64,000 nt of DNA from Eledone cirrhosa (lineage: Eukaryota): assembly GCA_964016885.1 (NCBI GenBank), contig OZ024752.1:13392001-13456000 (forward strand), in the 5' to 3' direction. Of this stretch, positions 1-11,900 are shown in pieces. The notes under the pieces are model-generated. The model saw nothing but the letters and a program-made list of their open reading frames with translations. It was not told the DNA's origin and did not search any database. Numbering within the stretch: the first letter of the stretch is position 1; every line of letters begins with the position of its first letter. Both the position numbers and the translations under genes were made by a program.

Positions 1-69
<69 letters not shown>

Positions 70-74
70 ATATA

Positions 75-129
<55 letters not shown>

Positions 130-183
130 GTATATATATATGTATATGTATATATATATGTATACATATATATATGTGTATAT
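1..183. repeat. (TA)n microsatellite with TG interruptions
   Basis: Directly visible dinucleotide tract. Confidence 0.95.
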
Positions 184-475
184 GGTTTCAGAAGATCTCG
201 TTAAGGGTGAAATCGGCGATTCTTTGCTTAAACTTTAATCTGTTATTTTAATAAATGTATATATATATATATATATTGGTAAACTGAATAGAAAATGCTG
301 ACAAATTGTTCACAGTTGAAAAATGGTTTAATTAGGAATAAAAGAGTATTAGTGATTGTATGGGTTAGTATTCAGTTGTGGTTTTAAGTTTTTAAGTTTT
401 TACCGGTTGCGCATTTCTAAATGCTTTTCAAAAATAATTTTGAGATAGAGTATCCGTGCTGTTTGCTCTGATCCG

Positions 476-920
<445 letters not shown>

Positions 921-1223
921 TATACTAAACTAACTCCTGGTGTCTGGAAATTCACATGTTCCAACGATGCTTCGTCTTGATACCAATAGATATTTGTTTT
1001 GTGTTAATAATATAAAGATTGTGAAGTTGATATAAAGCATATTCTAGATTTTCTTTTCACAAAATCTATGCTTCTCGCTTTAATCATTGTACAAAATTAT
1101 TCCAAGAATGTTGAATCTGTTCCAATACATTTTAGTAATGTAATTATATATATACATTTACCGTTTTTTGTTTTATATTGTTTTTCAGTTTTGTCTCTGT
1201 GTTTCAAAGTAAAATCCGCAAAA

Positions 1224-2311
1224 ATGAGAAAAGGGACATCTTTAAAGAAATTGTATTTGATTCTCTTAGTCATATCTATATGCATGGTCTTCTACGCGTT
1301 TCAATCGTCATCTGTAGCCAATAAGACAGATATGAAAAGTATTTATATAGAGAAACAAAGAAATGAGTTTCCCTTTAAAGTAAACAGAAAACATTTCCTC
1401 CCAAACACCAATGTTCCGAATAAACTACTAACTTTACCCAGTGTTACTGTTGAAAAATTATATTTAAATACTTCAAAAATAAAGCATTCCAAAAACAAAT
1501 TTAACTTACGAAACAATAGTGTAAAGCACCTTTCGAAATCACATGCTTTATCTAATTTATTAACCCGGAGAAATTATACAGAGATATTGCGGCGAATGAC
1601 AAACATTTCCAGAGTGAAATTGCATTACAAATTTTATAATGCAAATAAGGTTTCCACCAAACATTTTGAAATGGATTTATTTCTTGATGGAAATGAAACA
1701 TCTGATGATATAAAGTTGCTGTTTGAAAACAAATCATTTTTTACAACAATTGATTGTCGAAAAGTGGCAGAAGGTGATAAAACCGAACTGGATAAGGGTA
1801 TTAACATTCAATATAACATGAAATATGATGGATTGCCAGATTCTTACTTTGTAAATTTGTCTAGGAACTGTAACAATTTCAAGAAGAAACTGGGTTACAT
1901 AACCAGTCCTTTGACTAAAGAGGAGCTAGATTTTCCTCTAGCTTATAGCATTCTTATATATAAAGATATTGAACAAGTAGAGAGACTCTTACGAGTTATT
2001 TACCGTCCACAAAATTTCTATTGTATCCACATTGATGCGAAAAGTAAAGATAGCCTGATAAAAACAATGAAAGCAATTGTAAAATGTTTTCCAAATGTTA
2101 ATATTCTGTCGCCTTCTATTGATGTCCGTTGGGGAGAATTCTCAGTATTGGAACCGGAACTTAAATGTATGAAACAACTTTCACGCTATAAAAAGTGGAA
2201 ATATTTTATTAATCTCACTGGTCAAGAATTTCCATTGAAAAGTAATTACGAACTTGTTCGGATTCTCAAAGCTTACAATGGAGCAAACGATATTGAAGGC
2301 ACGGTAAAAAG
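1224..2311 (+). CDS. First coding exon of a core-2/I-branching beta-1,6-N-acetylglucosaminyltransferase (GT14, GCNT1/GCNT3-like); partial, C-terminal half in exon(s) not seen
   Basis: ORF 1068-2315. Likely start MRKGTS (ATG 1224) lies downstream of a polypyrimidine/TTTTTCAG acceptor (1181-1188). Type II signal anchor LYLILLVISICMVFYAF. GT14 motifs EELDFPLAYSILIYKD, ERLLRVIYRPQNFYCIHIDAKS, CFPNV, VRWGEFSVLEPELKCM, WKYFINLTGQEFPLKSN. The frame stops right after a donor AAAAG|GTAAGA (intron from 2312, phase 2). Orthology to a specific GCNT paralog cannot be assigned. Confidence 0.9.
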
Positions 2312-2740
2312 GTAAGATTGTTTTATAGACTGTTTCATTGCCCCAAACTGGAATGTTTTCCCTTCATATTGAAACTCTTAAATGAGAGAATTAAAGTATT
2401 ATTCCTTCTCACACATTCATAGACATAAAAAGATAACAAGATAGACATAAATATTTCATTACCGACACACTCAAGAATATATTCTTAATGTATCTCTGCC
2501 TAGACACATTATTAAAATCTAACGAAGTAATAGCTTGTTTTAAAATGTAGGCCAGATGTCTTTCTTACCTTTGTAGAGAAAATTAAGAGATTACATAGAT
2601 ATGATGTCAAAGATATATATAGAAGTGGAAACGAGATTCCGTAATTTTGTGTCTATCTCAAGTGTTTACTAATTCAATGTACATAATTAGAAACAGTTTT
2701 GTTTTACTTGTTTTAGTGGTTTCAGTCATTAGACTGCAAC

Positions 2741-3035
2741 TAGAGTTGAGGGACCCGGGACACTTCAGGTTTGAGGGGCCCCTCATACACAAAAAAAAAA
2801 TTAGAATACACAGCAAACCCCTCAATTTTACATATAAAAGTTAGATTGGCGCAAGTAATTGGAATTGAAAATTTATATGTGCAGGTATTAAATTAAAAAA
2901 TGTTAAACATCTTAAAACTAAAAAAAACAGCCGAGGGCACAAATATATTGCTACGACCGTCACTGGAGCCCGTCCCCACACTGAAGGGAGCCCGGGGTAT
3001 TTACGCCCCCCCCTCTCCCATTAAATCCGGCCCTG
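2741..3035. mobile_element. Non-autonomous DNA transposon (MITE), probably hAT-type
   Basis: 8-bp direct repeat ACTGCAAC at 2733-2740 and 3036-3043. Right end ...TAAATCCGGCCCTG; left end TAGAGTTGAG looks like a decayed CAGGGCCGGA. GC-rich subterminal blocks. Confidence 0.55.
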
Positions 3036-3669
3036 ACTGCAACCGTGTTGTTTATACCATTTCATGAAATATTGTCAGATAGATCTAGAGCAGTAGTTAT
3101 TTCCTCACCCCCAAAACGAATGAATGGGAAATTGAATGTGGGCGAGATTTGAAAATAGACGAGAAAGCAGCCAAATACTTCAAGGCATGAGCAGTCTCAC
3201 ATTTTCACACTCGAGATTAATGAAAGAAATATTGAACAACTAACTTGACACGTGGGAGGAGGTGCTTAACGCGTTTATGTAGCAACTCTACATGTATTTG
3301 ATTAGGGCTGGGATTTAACCCTTTTGATTCTAAAACACCTGAAACCGCCCTGGTACTTTGATATAAAAAATGTTTATTTTAAAGTGATGATATTTATCTA
3401 AAACCCTTTCATCACAATATTATGTAAGCCACTCTGTTAAGCTGTGTAGCGAACATCAGCTTAATAAGAAAGTTAGTGACACTACTAAATCTTTCCAAAC
3501 TAGCTGGCCCCGTGTCGTCAAAAATAACGGCCAATTGTAATATGTATACATAATATAAAAAGATATGTTTGTTTGTTTGTTGACCCCTTCTTTCTCAGGT
3601 TGTCATCACCCCTTGCTTCAGTCATCTCTTGTGACGGACAAACACACAAGTGTATTATATATTAGTAGA

Positions 3670-4030
3670 TTCTTCTTCTTCTTCTTCTTCTTCTTCTTCT
3701 TCTTCTTCTTCTTCTTCTTCTTCTTCTTCTTCTTCTTCTTCTTCTTCTTCTTCTTCTTCTTCTTCTTCTTCTTTTTCTTTTTCTTCTTCTTATTATTATT
3801 CTTTGCCCACTTATTCCAGGGAGGGTCGTTGGGGCAGACTCCTCAAACATTTCTTCCAACGGATCTTGTCAGAAGCAAGCAGTCTCCAACTGATCCGGCT
3901 GGATCCCTAAGCGTGACCAACCAATCTCATGGATGTTATCCAACTATCTTGTTCGGGATCTACACCTAGGTCCCCATCCGGTTGGTGATTTTCCCGTAAA
4001 ATATGTCCAGCAATTCTTTCCTGAAACATT
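3670..4030 (-). mobile_element. Decayed 3' end of an RTE-clade LINE with an (AAT)n(AAG)n tail, seen as the (TTC)n tract 3670-3800
   Basis: Minus strand reads RCRSRTR*LDNIHEIGWSRLGIQPDQL, then after a frameshift ASDKIRWKKCLRSLPQRPS, resembling the RTE C-terminus (RPRGRPRTRW...LGI...A.DR..W). A trinucleotide tail follows directly. Confidence 0.65.
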
Positions 4031-5109
4031 CTAGTCTCTTGAATATAGTGTCGGAGCTGTTTCAAAACCATTGGCAATAATAAACGAATATCGACCCTAG
4101 AAAGGTGAGAAACGAAATGGCAAGCCTGATAGTCTGAGACTTAAACTTAGAATATGGATGCTTGAAATTATGTAGAGAAAAGCACCTGGTTCGATGCGCT
4201 ACTGTCGTGTTACAGTGAGCAGCATGAATTTAATAATGCAAAGTGAAAATGACAAAATGAGAGAGAGGTAGGTTTCACGAGAATTGATTGAAAACATAAG
4301 AATATTCATAAAATATTCACTTAGACAAGAAAATAACCCCGTTCTGACCACAAGCAGCGAAGAAATGTTAAGAATGCAAACACGGACACATTTTCTATAC
4401 AAGGTGTAACTCATGAAACAACTTTAACTTTTTTAATACGGAAGTAGGATTGACAAAATGATAACACTAAAATGCAAGCTGGAAATTGAATAAATAATAC
4501 TTTTCCTCTTTATACATAGGTTACTATGTCAACACGTACACACACGCACAAGACGAAACACCACCCTTCGTGTGGTTTGTGGTTTTCTGCTAGCATGTGT
4601 AGTGTCTATATTGATATTATACGCAAGTATAGAAGCACGTAGATATGATACATCAAATAAAATCGTAATTGTCAATATCCACAGAAATTGAACGAAGGCT
4701 GCGTTACACTGTCTTATGTAATCAGTAACGTAATCCATGATACATTAAAAAAAGTCGATATTATATATAAACTGCATTAGGAGATAATTAGTGAAGGAAA
4801 TATATGAATGTTTATTTAAGCGATCACTAAATTGAAAATTTTAAAGAAATGAATCATAAAATAAGCAAGAAAATTATTTATATTTAATCAAGAATAACGA
4901 AAATTAATAGATAAATTATGTAATATTCATTCATTATTTAGTCAAAGTAATCCAACATATTTTACAAACGGGATAAAAAAATATATTCTGGACGCAGTCC
5001 CGCACTCCTTACTTTATTATAGTTTAGATGCACACGCGTGTATGTGTAAGTGTGTGCATAAGTAACCGTGTATGAAAAAAGATACTATGCACAAAACACG
5101 ACTACATAA

Positions 5110-5192
5110 TTATATACATATATATATGTGTGTGTGTGTATATATATATATGTGTGTGTGTATGTGTGTGTATGTTTATATGTTTGTGTGTG

Positions 5193-5229
<37 letters not shown>

Positions 5230-5265
5230 ATGTATGTGTGTATATATATATATATATTGTGTGTG
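5110..5265. repeat. Mixed (TG)/(TA) microsatellite
   Basis: Directly visible. Confidence 0.9.
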
Positions 5266-5370
5266 TAAAAGGTAAACAGAAATAACACAATCGGTACAGT
5301 ATATGGGCGGAATATATTAGTTTAAAGCTTGATATTGCAGTAAGAGAGTCTTAACGTTTCGGACACTAGT

Positions 5371-5374
<4 letters not shown>
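5262..5374 (-). mobile_element. Truncated second copy of the hammerhead-bearing repeat at 54248-54360
   Basis: Reverse complement AAGGACTAGTGTCCGAAACGTTAAGACTCTC...CCATATACTGTACCGATTGTGTTATTTCTGTTTACCTTTTACA closely matches 54248-54360. It is cut by (TA)n just upstream of helix II. Confidence 0.7.
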
Positions 5375-5419
<45 letters not shown>

Positions 5420-5420
<1 letters not shown>

Positions 5421-5730
5421 TAGCTGAGTACCCCTTCGGTGCAGGGCAATTTTCACCACAGAATGCCTTTCATTCACGATTTCTATTCCATGTCTACCTT
5501 ATGCCCCATCTCTCGTTACTTATTCCCTCTGGCCTGTCCCCGTGAATCGTCAATCGTCCCTAAGGTGGTTTCCACAGAGATTTATTCTGTGGAGCTGTAT
5601 GTTGAAGTGATATCACTAGTTTGTTGTGTGCTATAACGTGGGCATCTTCACGTAAATATCGAGTGACTTCTGTGAGGACAACTCCCTGCCTCATAGCGAA
5701 AGCTATGCACTCTGCTGATGGCGTGGATCG
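5420..5730 (-). mobile_element. Possible Helitron-like 3' end
   Basis: Minus strand ends GCCCTGCACCGAAGGGGTACTCAGCTAG followed by T (GC hairpin + CTAG|T) inside a TA tract. The far boundary is uncertain. Confidence 0.4.
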
Positions 5731-5993
5731 ACGGAAAAATAATTGCTTCTACTTTTGGTACAAGGCCAGCAATTACGCCAGTGTATTACTGGTACTTTAT
5801 TTTATCGACCCCGTGATAAAACTATCCTTCACGTATTCACAAGTACCAGTAAAGTACTGGGTAATTTGCTGGCTTTGTGCCAACAGTAGAAACAATTATT
5901 ATTCCGTCCATGTTCACGGTCTGATTTCAAATCCCGTCGAAGCTAACTTTGCCTTTCAGCCTTACGAGGTCGATAAAATAAAGTACCAGTAAT

Positions 5994-6373
5994 TTTATCG
6001 TGATGCTAAACTCCGCCAGTTGTAGACTGCGCATTAAACATGTGATATCACTCTCCACAAAGTTTCATCACCAGCAGCAGGGTTCAAAGAGCAAAGATCA
6101 AGTCCAGTCCATCGGTTGACATTATCAAACCATCGTTTTGGCTGCCGGCCTCTGCTTCTCTTACCAGCCAACCTTCCTTCCAGACATAACCTACTCACAC
6201 TACAAGTTGATCTTTTTATATGGCCGTATATTTTGGGTACTCTTGACTTGACAATTGATGTAATTGTTCTAAGTTTGGTAATGTTGAGCAGCTCACTGAT
6301 ACAGATACGGTGGCTGAGCCGCTTGCCAGCCATAAGTCTCATGATGTGGTTCTGGAATGTAGAGAGCTTCAGA
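5994..6373 (-). mobile_element. 5'-truncated RTE-clade LINE 3' fragment inserted into a SINE
   Basis: ORF 6034-6483 (-) contains YGHIKRS...LEGRLAGKRSRGRQPKRWFDNV...DETLWR, a typical RTE C-terminus. 6-bp target duplication AGTAAT at 5988-5993 and 6374-6379; the SINE resumes across the insertion. Confidence 0.75.
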
Positions 6374-7169
6374 AGTAATGCACTGGGATAATTGCTGGCC
6401 TCTTGCCAAAAATAGAAACAATTATTATTCCGTCCATGGATTGGCAGTATCGGTAGAGCGTCAGACACCATGCTTTGCAGCATAGGATTAGAGCTCTTTA
6501 TTTTATTTGCCCACTCAATATTCCTGTTTTAAAGTCTTTTATTATCATATTATTTATGTTCTATCAAATCCCGCCGAGGTTGACTTTGCCTTTCATCCTT
6601 ATGGGGTCGATAAAATAAAGTACCAGTAATGCACTGGGTAATTACTGGCCTTGTGCCTAAAGTAGAAACAATTATTTATGTTCTAACTTCAAATCCCGTC
6701 GAGGTTAACTTTGCCTTTGATCCGTACGGGGTCGATTAAATAAAGTACCAGTAATGCACTGGTGGTAATAGAAACAATTATTTAGCCAGGGTGGTGGATT
6801 GGCAGTATCGATAGAGCGTCGGACAACATTCTTAGCAGCACAAAGTTACGGCCCTTTACGTTTTGAATACACATCCCGCCGAGGTTAGCTCTGCCTTTCA
6901 TCCTTTCGGGGTCGACAAAATAAAGAATCAGTAATGCCCTGGGATCGATTTAATCGACTTTCCTCCATCCCAAATTTGCTGGCCTCGTGCCTAAATCTGA
7001 AATCATTATTTAGTCAGGTCAAATCCCGCAGAGGTTGACTTTGCCTTTCATCCTTACGGGGTCGATAAAATAAAGTACCAGTAATGCACTGGGTAATTGC
7101 TGGCCTTGTGCCTAAAGTAGAAACAATTATTTAGTCAGGTCAGGAGAAAAAACAACGCCCGCACTGCAG

Positions 7170-7600
7170 GCTTCCCCTCCCAGCTCGACTATCACAGGTT
7201 CTGCTGCACTTCGGGCTGAGTAGGTCAAACTTTCCAAATACCAGTCGCTCTCCGACAGGTTTGCGGTCGTGCCCACTTGGAAGTGGAGACTTCTCGTGTC
7301 CTTGGTCCTAGGGCTACCTCCATAGTTACCACCATAGGCGCTGAGCTGGCCAGCCGCAGGTGTGAGCCTCGCGGGATGGAATGGCTCTTCCAGTGCATCA
7401 TCCTTACCATCCTTCGGGGAAACGCCTTCTCCATTCTGACCGCCGGGGCTGTGCCGTGGCCAACACGTGGGACCCCCATTTACTCACCATACAGAGAGAT
7501 GGGGAGGGCGATGACGTTGAGAGTTCGGCTCTTCCGTGTTCGAACACATTGCACCTGTCAAGAGTGTATCATTCTGTATCACTATGTATTTTTCTCTTAG
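7170..7600 (+). mobile_element. Decayed 3' fragment of a CRE-like (restriction-like endonuclease) non-LTR retrotransposon
   Basis: Plus strand reads GSAALRAE*VKLSKYQSLSDRF, then after a frameshift EVETSRVLGPRA...EPRGMEWLFQCIILTILRGNAFSIL, matching the recalled CRE C-terminal pattern AA..AE..K..KY / VET.G..G / L.Q.IS....RGNA.SIL. Confidence 0.6.
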
Positions 7601-8077
7601 TATAGATTTTTTCAAAGAACCCCCATTCTTTAAATCCACATGACATATACACACACCGACGTTCACAACGAAAGGATTCCTGGAGGTCTTTAGAAAATAA
7701 GACAGAATAAAATAATTGTTTCTACGTTAGGCACAAGGCCAGCAATTACCCAATGTATTACTGGTACTTTATTTTATCGAGCCCGTAAGGATGAAAGGCA
7801 AAGTCAACCTCGGCGGGATTTGAACTCAGATCGTAAAAAGACTGAATAAAATAATAACCAGTGTCGTACTCTTAGAAAATAAATTAGTCATACTTGTTTT
7901 CTGGGTTGTTAACCAATGGGTCCCTTTCATTCTTCTATCAAAGATTTCAACTCGTAGAGAACCTAGTAAATTGTAACTAAATACTACCCCTGACTACCTC
8001 ATTCTTCTTTTTCTTCTCTTTCTTTTTTATTTTTATTTTGCTTTTTCTTCTTGGAAGGGTCGCGGGGCAGATCCTCA

Positions 8078-8101
8078 ACTAACTACTACTACTACTACTA
8101 T

Positions 8102-8156
<55 letters not shown>

Positions 8157-8165
8157 GCTGCTGCA
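8078..8165. repeat. (CTA)n/(CTG)n microsatellite
   Basis: Directly visible. Confidence 0.9.
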
Positions 8166-8920
8166 GCTGCTCAGGACCCAAGCTCTCAGCAAATGATAAA
8201 TATATACTAGTAAGGAAATCTATTGTTAGTTGATAAATGAACAGTCAGTTTTAAAAGGACGTGACCTAGAATACCTTCGTGTAACAGAGCTTTTGTTTTT
8301 TTTTTAGGAGAGAGAGGGAAGGAGGGAGAGAGAGATAGGGGTGGGTGGGGGTGGACTGCAATTCGGTCGGGATAAATACTGAAGGGTATTTTTATTTGAC
8401 ATAAGCAATCATCGGCAATTTTTATACAATGTATATATATGTCTTCCCCATTTCATGACTCAGAACGTAAAGGGCCGTAACTATATGTTGCAAAACATGT
8501 CTGACGCTCTACGGATTCTGCTAACCTCGCACTAAATCCTAATTGTTTCTATTTTTGGCACAAGTCCAGCAATTTGAAGGGAAGGGGAAATGGGGTTTAA
8601 ATCGTCCCCCACTACATTACCGGTACTTTATTTGATCGACCCAGTAAGGATGAAAAGGCAAGGCTAACCTCAGCAGAATTTGAACTCATAACGTAAAGGG
8701 CCATAACCAGAGATGTAACGGGGGGAAATAGCACCAATGGCAAACATTGAAATTGCACCTCTGCCCATGCAGTAAGCTATATATTAGTTGTTAGACAATG
8801 GGATTGACAGAACAGTTTAAATAAATGAGGGTTTAGGGTATTAAACTGCATTTTTATTTCTTCTCCAGGTATCCTTTACACTTAAGTATATGTAAAGTAT
8901 TGACAAAAGTGTTAGTGTAT

Positions 8921-11900
8921 TTAAAGGCAGAGATCTGTGTAATACTGATCTGTGACAAATATTAAAGGGAGGGATCTGTGTAATACTGATCTATGACAGA
9001 TATTAAAGGGAGTGATCTGTGTATTACTGATCTGTGACAGATATTAAAGGGAGTGATCTGTGTAATACTGATCTGTGACAAATATTAAAGGCAGAGATCT
9101 GTGTAATACTGATCTGTGACAAATATTAAAGGGAGAGATCTGTGTAATACTGATCTGTGACAGATATTAAAGGGAGTGATCTGTGTAATACTGATCTGTG
9201 ACAAATATTAAAGGCAGAGATGTGTGTAATACTGATCTGTGACAAATATTAAAGGGAGAGATCTGTGTAATACTGATCCGTGACAAATATTAAAGGGAGT
9301 GATCTGTGTAATACTGATCTGTGACAGATATTAAAGGGAGAGATCTGTGTAATACTTATCTGTGACAGATATTAAAGGGAGTGATCTGTGTAATACTGAT
9401 CTGTGACAGATATTAAAGGGAGTGATCTGTGTAATACTGATATGTGACAAATATTAAAGGGAGAGATCTGTGTAATACTGATCTGTGACAGATATTAAAG
9501 AGAGTGATCTGTGTAATACTGATCTGTGACAGATATTAAAGGGAGTGATCTGTGTAATACTGATATGTGACAAATATTAAAGGGAGTGATCTGTGTAATA
9601 CTGTTATGTGAAAGATATTAAAGAGAGTGATCTGTGTATTACTGATCTGTGACAAATATTAAAAGGAGTGATCTGTGTAATACTGATATGTGACAAATAT
9701 TAAAGGGAGAGATCTGAGTAATACTGATCTGTGACAAATATTAAATGGAGGGATCTGTGTAATACTGATCTGTGACAAATATTAAAAGGAGTGATCTGCG
9801 TAATACTGATCTGTGACAGGTATTAAAGGGAGAGATCTGTGTAATACTGATCTGTGACAAATATTAAAGGGAGAGATCTGTGTAATACTGATCCGTGGCA
9901 AATATTAAAGGGAATGATCTGTGTAATACTGATCTGTGACAGATATTAAAGGGAGTGATCTGTGTAATACTGATCTGTGACATATATTAAAGGGAGTGAT
10001 CTGTGTAATACTGATCTGTGACAAATATTAAAGGGAGAGATCTGTGTAATACTGATCTGTGACATATATTAAAGGGAGTGATCTGTGTAATACTGATCTG
10101 TGACAGATATTAAAGGGAGTGATCTGTGTAATACTGATATGTGACAAATATTAAAGGGAGAGATCTGTGTAATACTGATTTGTGACAAATATTAAAGGGA
10201 GTGATCTGTGTAATACTGATCTGTGACAAATATTAAAGGGAGAGATCTGTGTAATACTGATCTGTTACAAATATTAAAGGGAGGGATCTGTGTAATACTG
10301 ATCTGTGACAGATATTAAGGGGAGTGATCTGTGTAATACTGATATGTGACAAATATTAAAGGGGGGGATCTGTGTAATACTGATATGTGACAAATATTAA
10401 AGGGAGAGTTCTGTGTAATACTGATCTGTTACAAATATTAAAGGGAGTGATCTGTGTAATACTTATATGTGACAAATATTAAAGGGAGAGATCTGTGTAA
10501 TACTGATCTGTGACAGATATTAAAGGGAGTGATCTGTGTAATACTTATATGTGACAAATATTAAAGGGAGAGATCTGTGTAATACTGATCTGTGACAGAT
10601 ATTAAAGGGAGTGATCTGTGTAATACTGATATGTGACAGATATTAAAGGGAGTGATCTGTGTAATACTGATCTGTGACAGATATTAAAGGGAGAGATCTG
10701 TGTAATACTGATCTGTGACAGATATTAAAGGGAGTGATCTGTGTAATACTGATCTGTGACAGATATTAAAGGGAGAGATCTGTGTAATACTGATCTGTGA
10801 TAGATATTAAAGGGAGTGATCTGTGTAATACTGATCTGTGACATATATTAAAGGGAGAGATCTGTGTAATACTGATCTGTGATAGATATTAAAGGGAGTG
10901 ATCTGTGTAATACTGATCTGTGACATATATTAAAGGGAGAGATCTGTGTAATACTGATCTGTGACAGACATTAAAGGGAGTAATCTGTGTAATACTGATC
11001 TATGACAGATATTAAAGGGAGAGATCTGTGTAATACTGATCTGTAACATATATTAAAGGGAGAGATCTGTGTAATACTGATCTGTGACAGATATTAAAGG
11101 GAGAGATCTGTGTAATACTGATCTTTGACAGATATTAAAGGGAGGGATCTGTGTAATACTGATCTGTGACAAATATTAAAGGGAGAGATATGTGTAATAC
11201 TGATGTGTGACATATATTAAAGGGAGAGATCTGTGTAATACTGATCTGTGACAAATATTAAAGGGAGTGATCTGTGTAATACTGATATGTGACAAATATT
11301 AAAGGGAGGGATCTGTGTAATACTGATCTGTGACAAATATTAAAGGGAGAGATCTGTGTAATACTGATGTGTGACAGATATTAAAGGCAGTGATCTGTGT
11401 AATACTGATCTGTGACAAATATTAAAGGGAGAGATCTGTTGTAATACTGAGCTGTAACAAATATTAAGGGGAGTAATCTGTGTAATACTGATCTGTGACA
11501 TATATTAAAGGGAGTGATCTGTGTAATACTGATCTGTGACAGATATTAAAGGTAGTGATCTGTGTAATACTGATCTGTGACAAATATTAAAGGGAGTAAT
11601 CTGTGTAATACTGATCTGTGACAAATATTAAAGGGAGTGATCTGTGTAATACTGATCTGTGACAGATATTAAAGGAGTGATCTGTGTAATACTGATATGT
11701 GACAAATATTGAAGGGAGAGATCTGTGTAATACTGATCTGTGACAAATATTAAAGGGAGGGATCTGTGTAATACTGATCTGTGACAGATATTAAAGAGAG
11801 TGATCTGTGTAATACTGATCTGTGACAGATATTAAAGAGAGTGATCTGTGTATTACTGATCTGTGACAAATATTAAAGGGAGAGATCTGTGTAATACTGA

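Larger units (their letters stand above)
5738..8710. mobile_element. Cluster of about ten full or partial copies of a tRNA-derived SINE, both orientations
   Basis: Recurrent AAATCCCGCCGAGGTTGACTTTGCCTTTCATCCTTACGGGGTCGATAAAATAAAGTACCAGTAATGCACTGGG...GGCCTTGTGCC...TAGAAACAATTATT. Plus-strand copies near 5840, 5920, 6437, 6560, 6680, 6790, 7020; minus-strand copies near 5738, 7705, 8457, 8540. Same family as 61416-61600. Confidence 0.85.

Noticed and set aside
181-475. Possible Penelope ORF remnant on the minus strand ([15 protein letters not shown])
   Set aside because: Only a weak resemblance to the NGYP linker motif, with many stops; cannot be supported without a search.
1068-1223. N-terminal 52 aa of the tracked 415-aa ORF
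   Set aside because: Spans a polypyrimidine tract and TTTCAG acceptor; probably intron plus 5' UTR. ATG 1224 gives normal type II membrane topology.
1700-1740. CTGATGA...GAAA inside the GCNT exon as a hammerhead
   Set aside because: No convincing helix I or II; explained by codons (SDD...FEN).
3565-3969. Poly-F, poly-S and poly-R ORFs; also poly-Y at 8051-8233
   Set aside because: Trinucleotide microsatellite translations.
8850-8930. TTCTTCTCCAG acceptor as GCNT exon 2
   Set aside because: The phase-2 continuation (YPLHLSICKVLTKV...) has no GT14 similarity and runs into the satellite.
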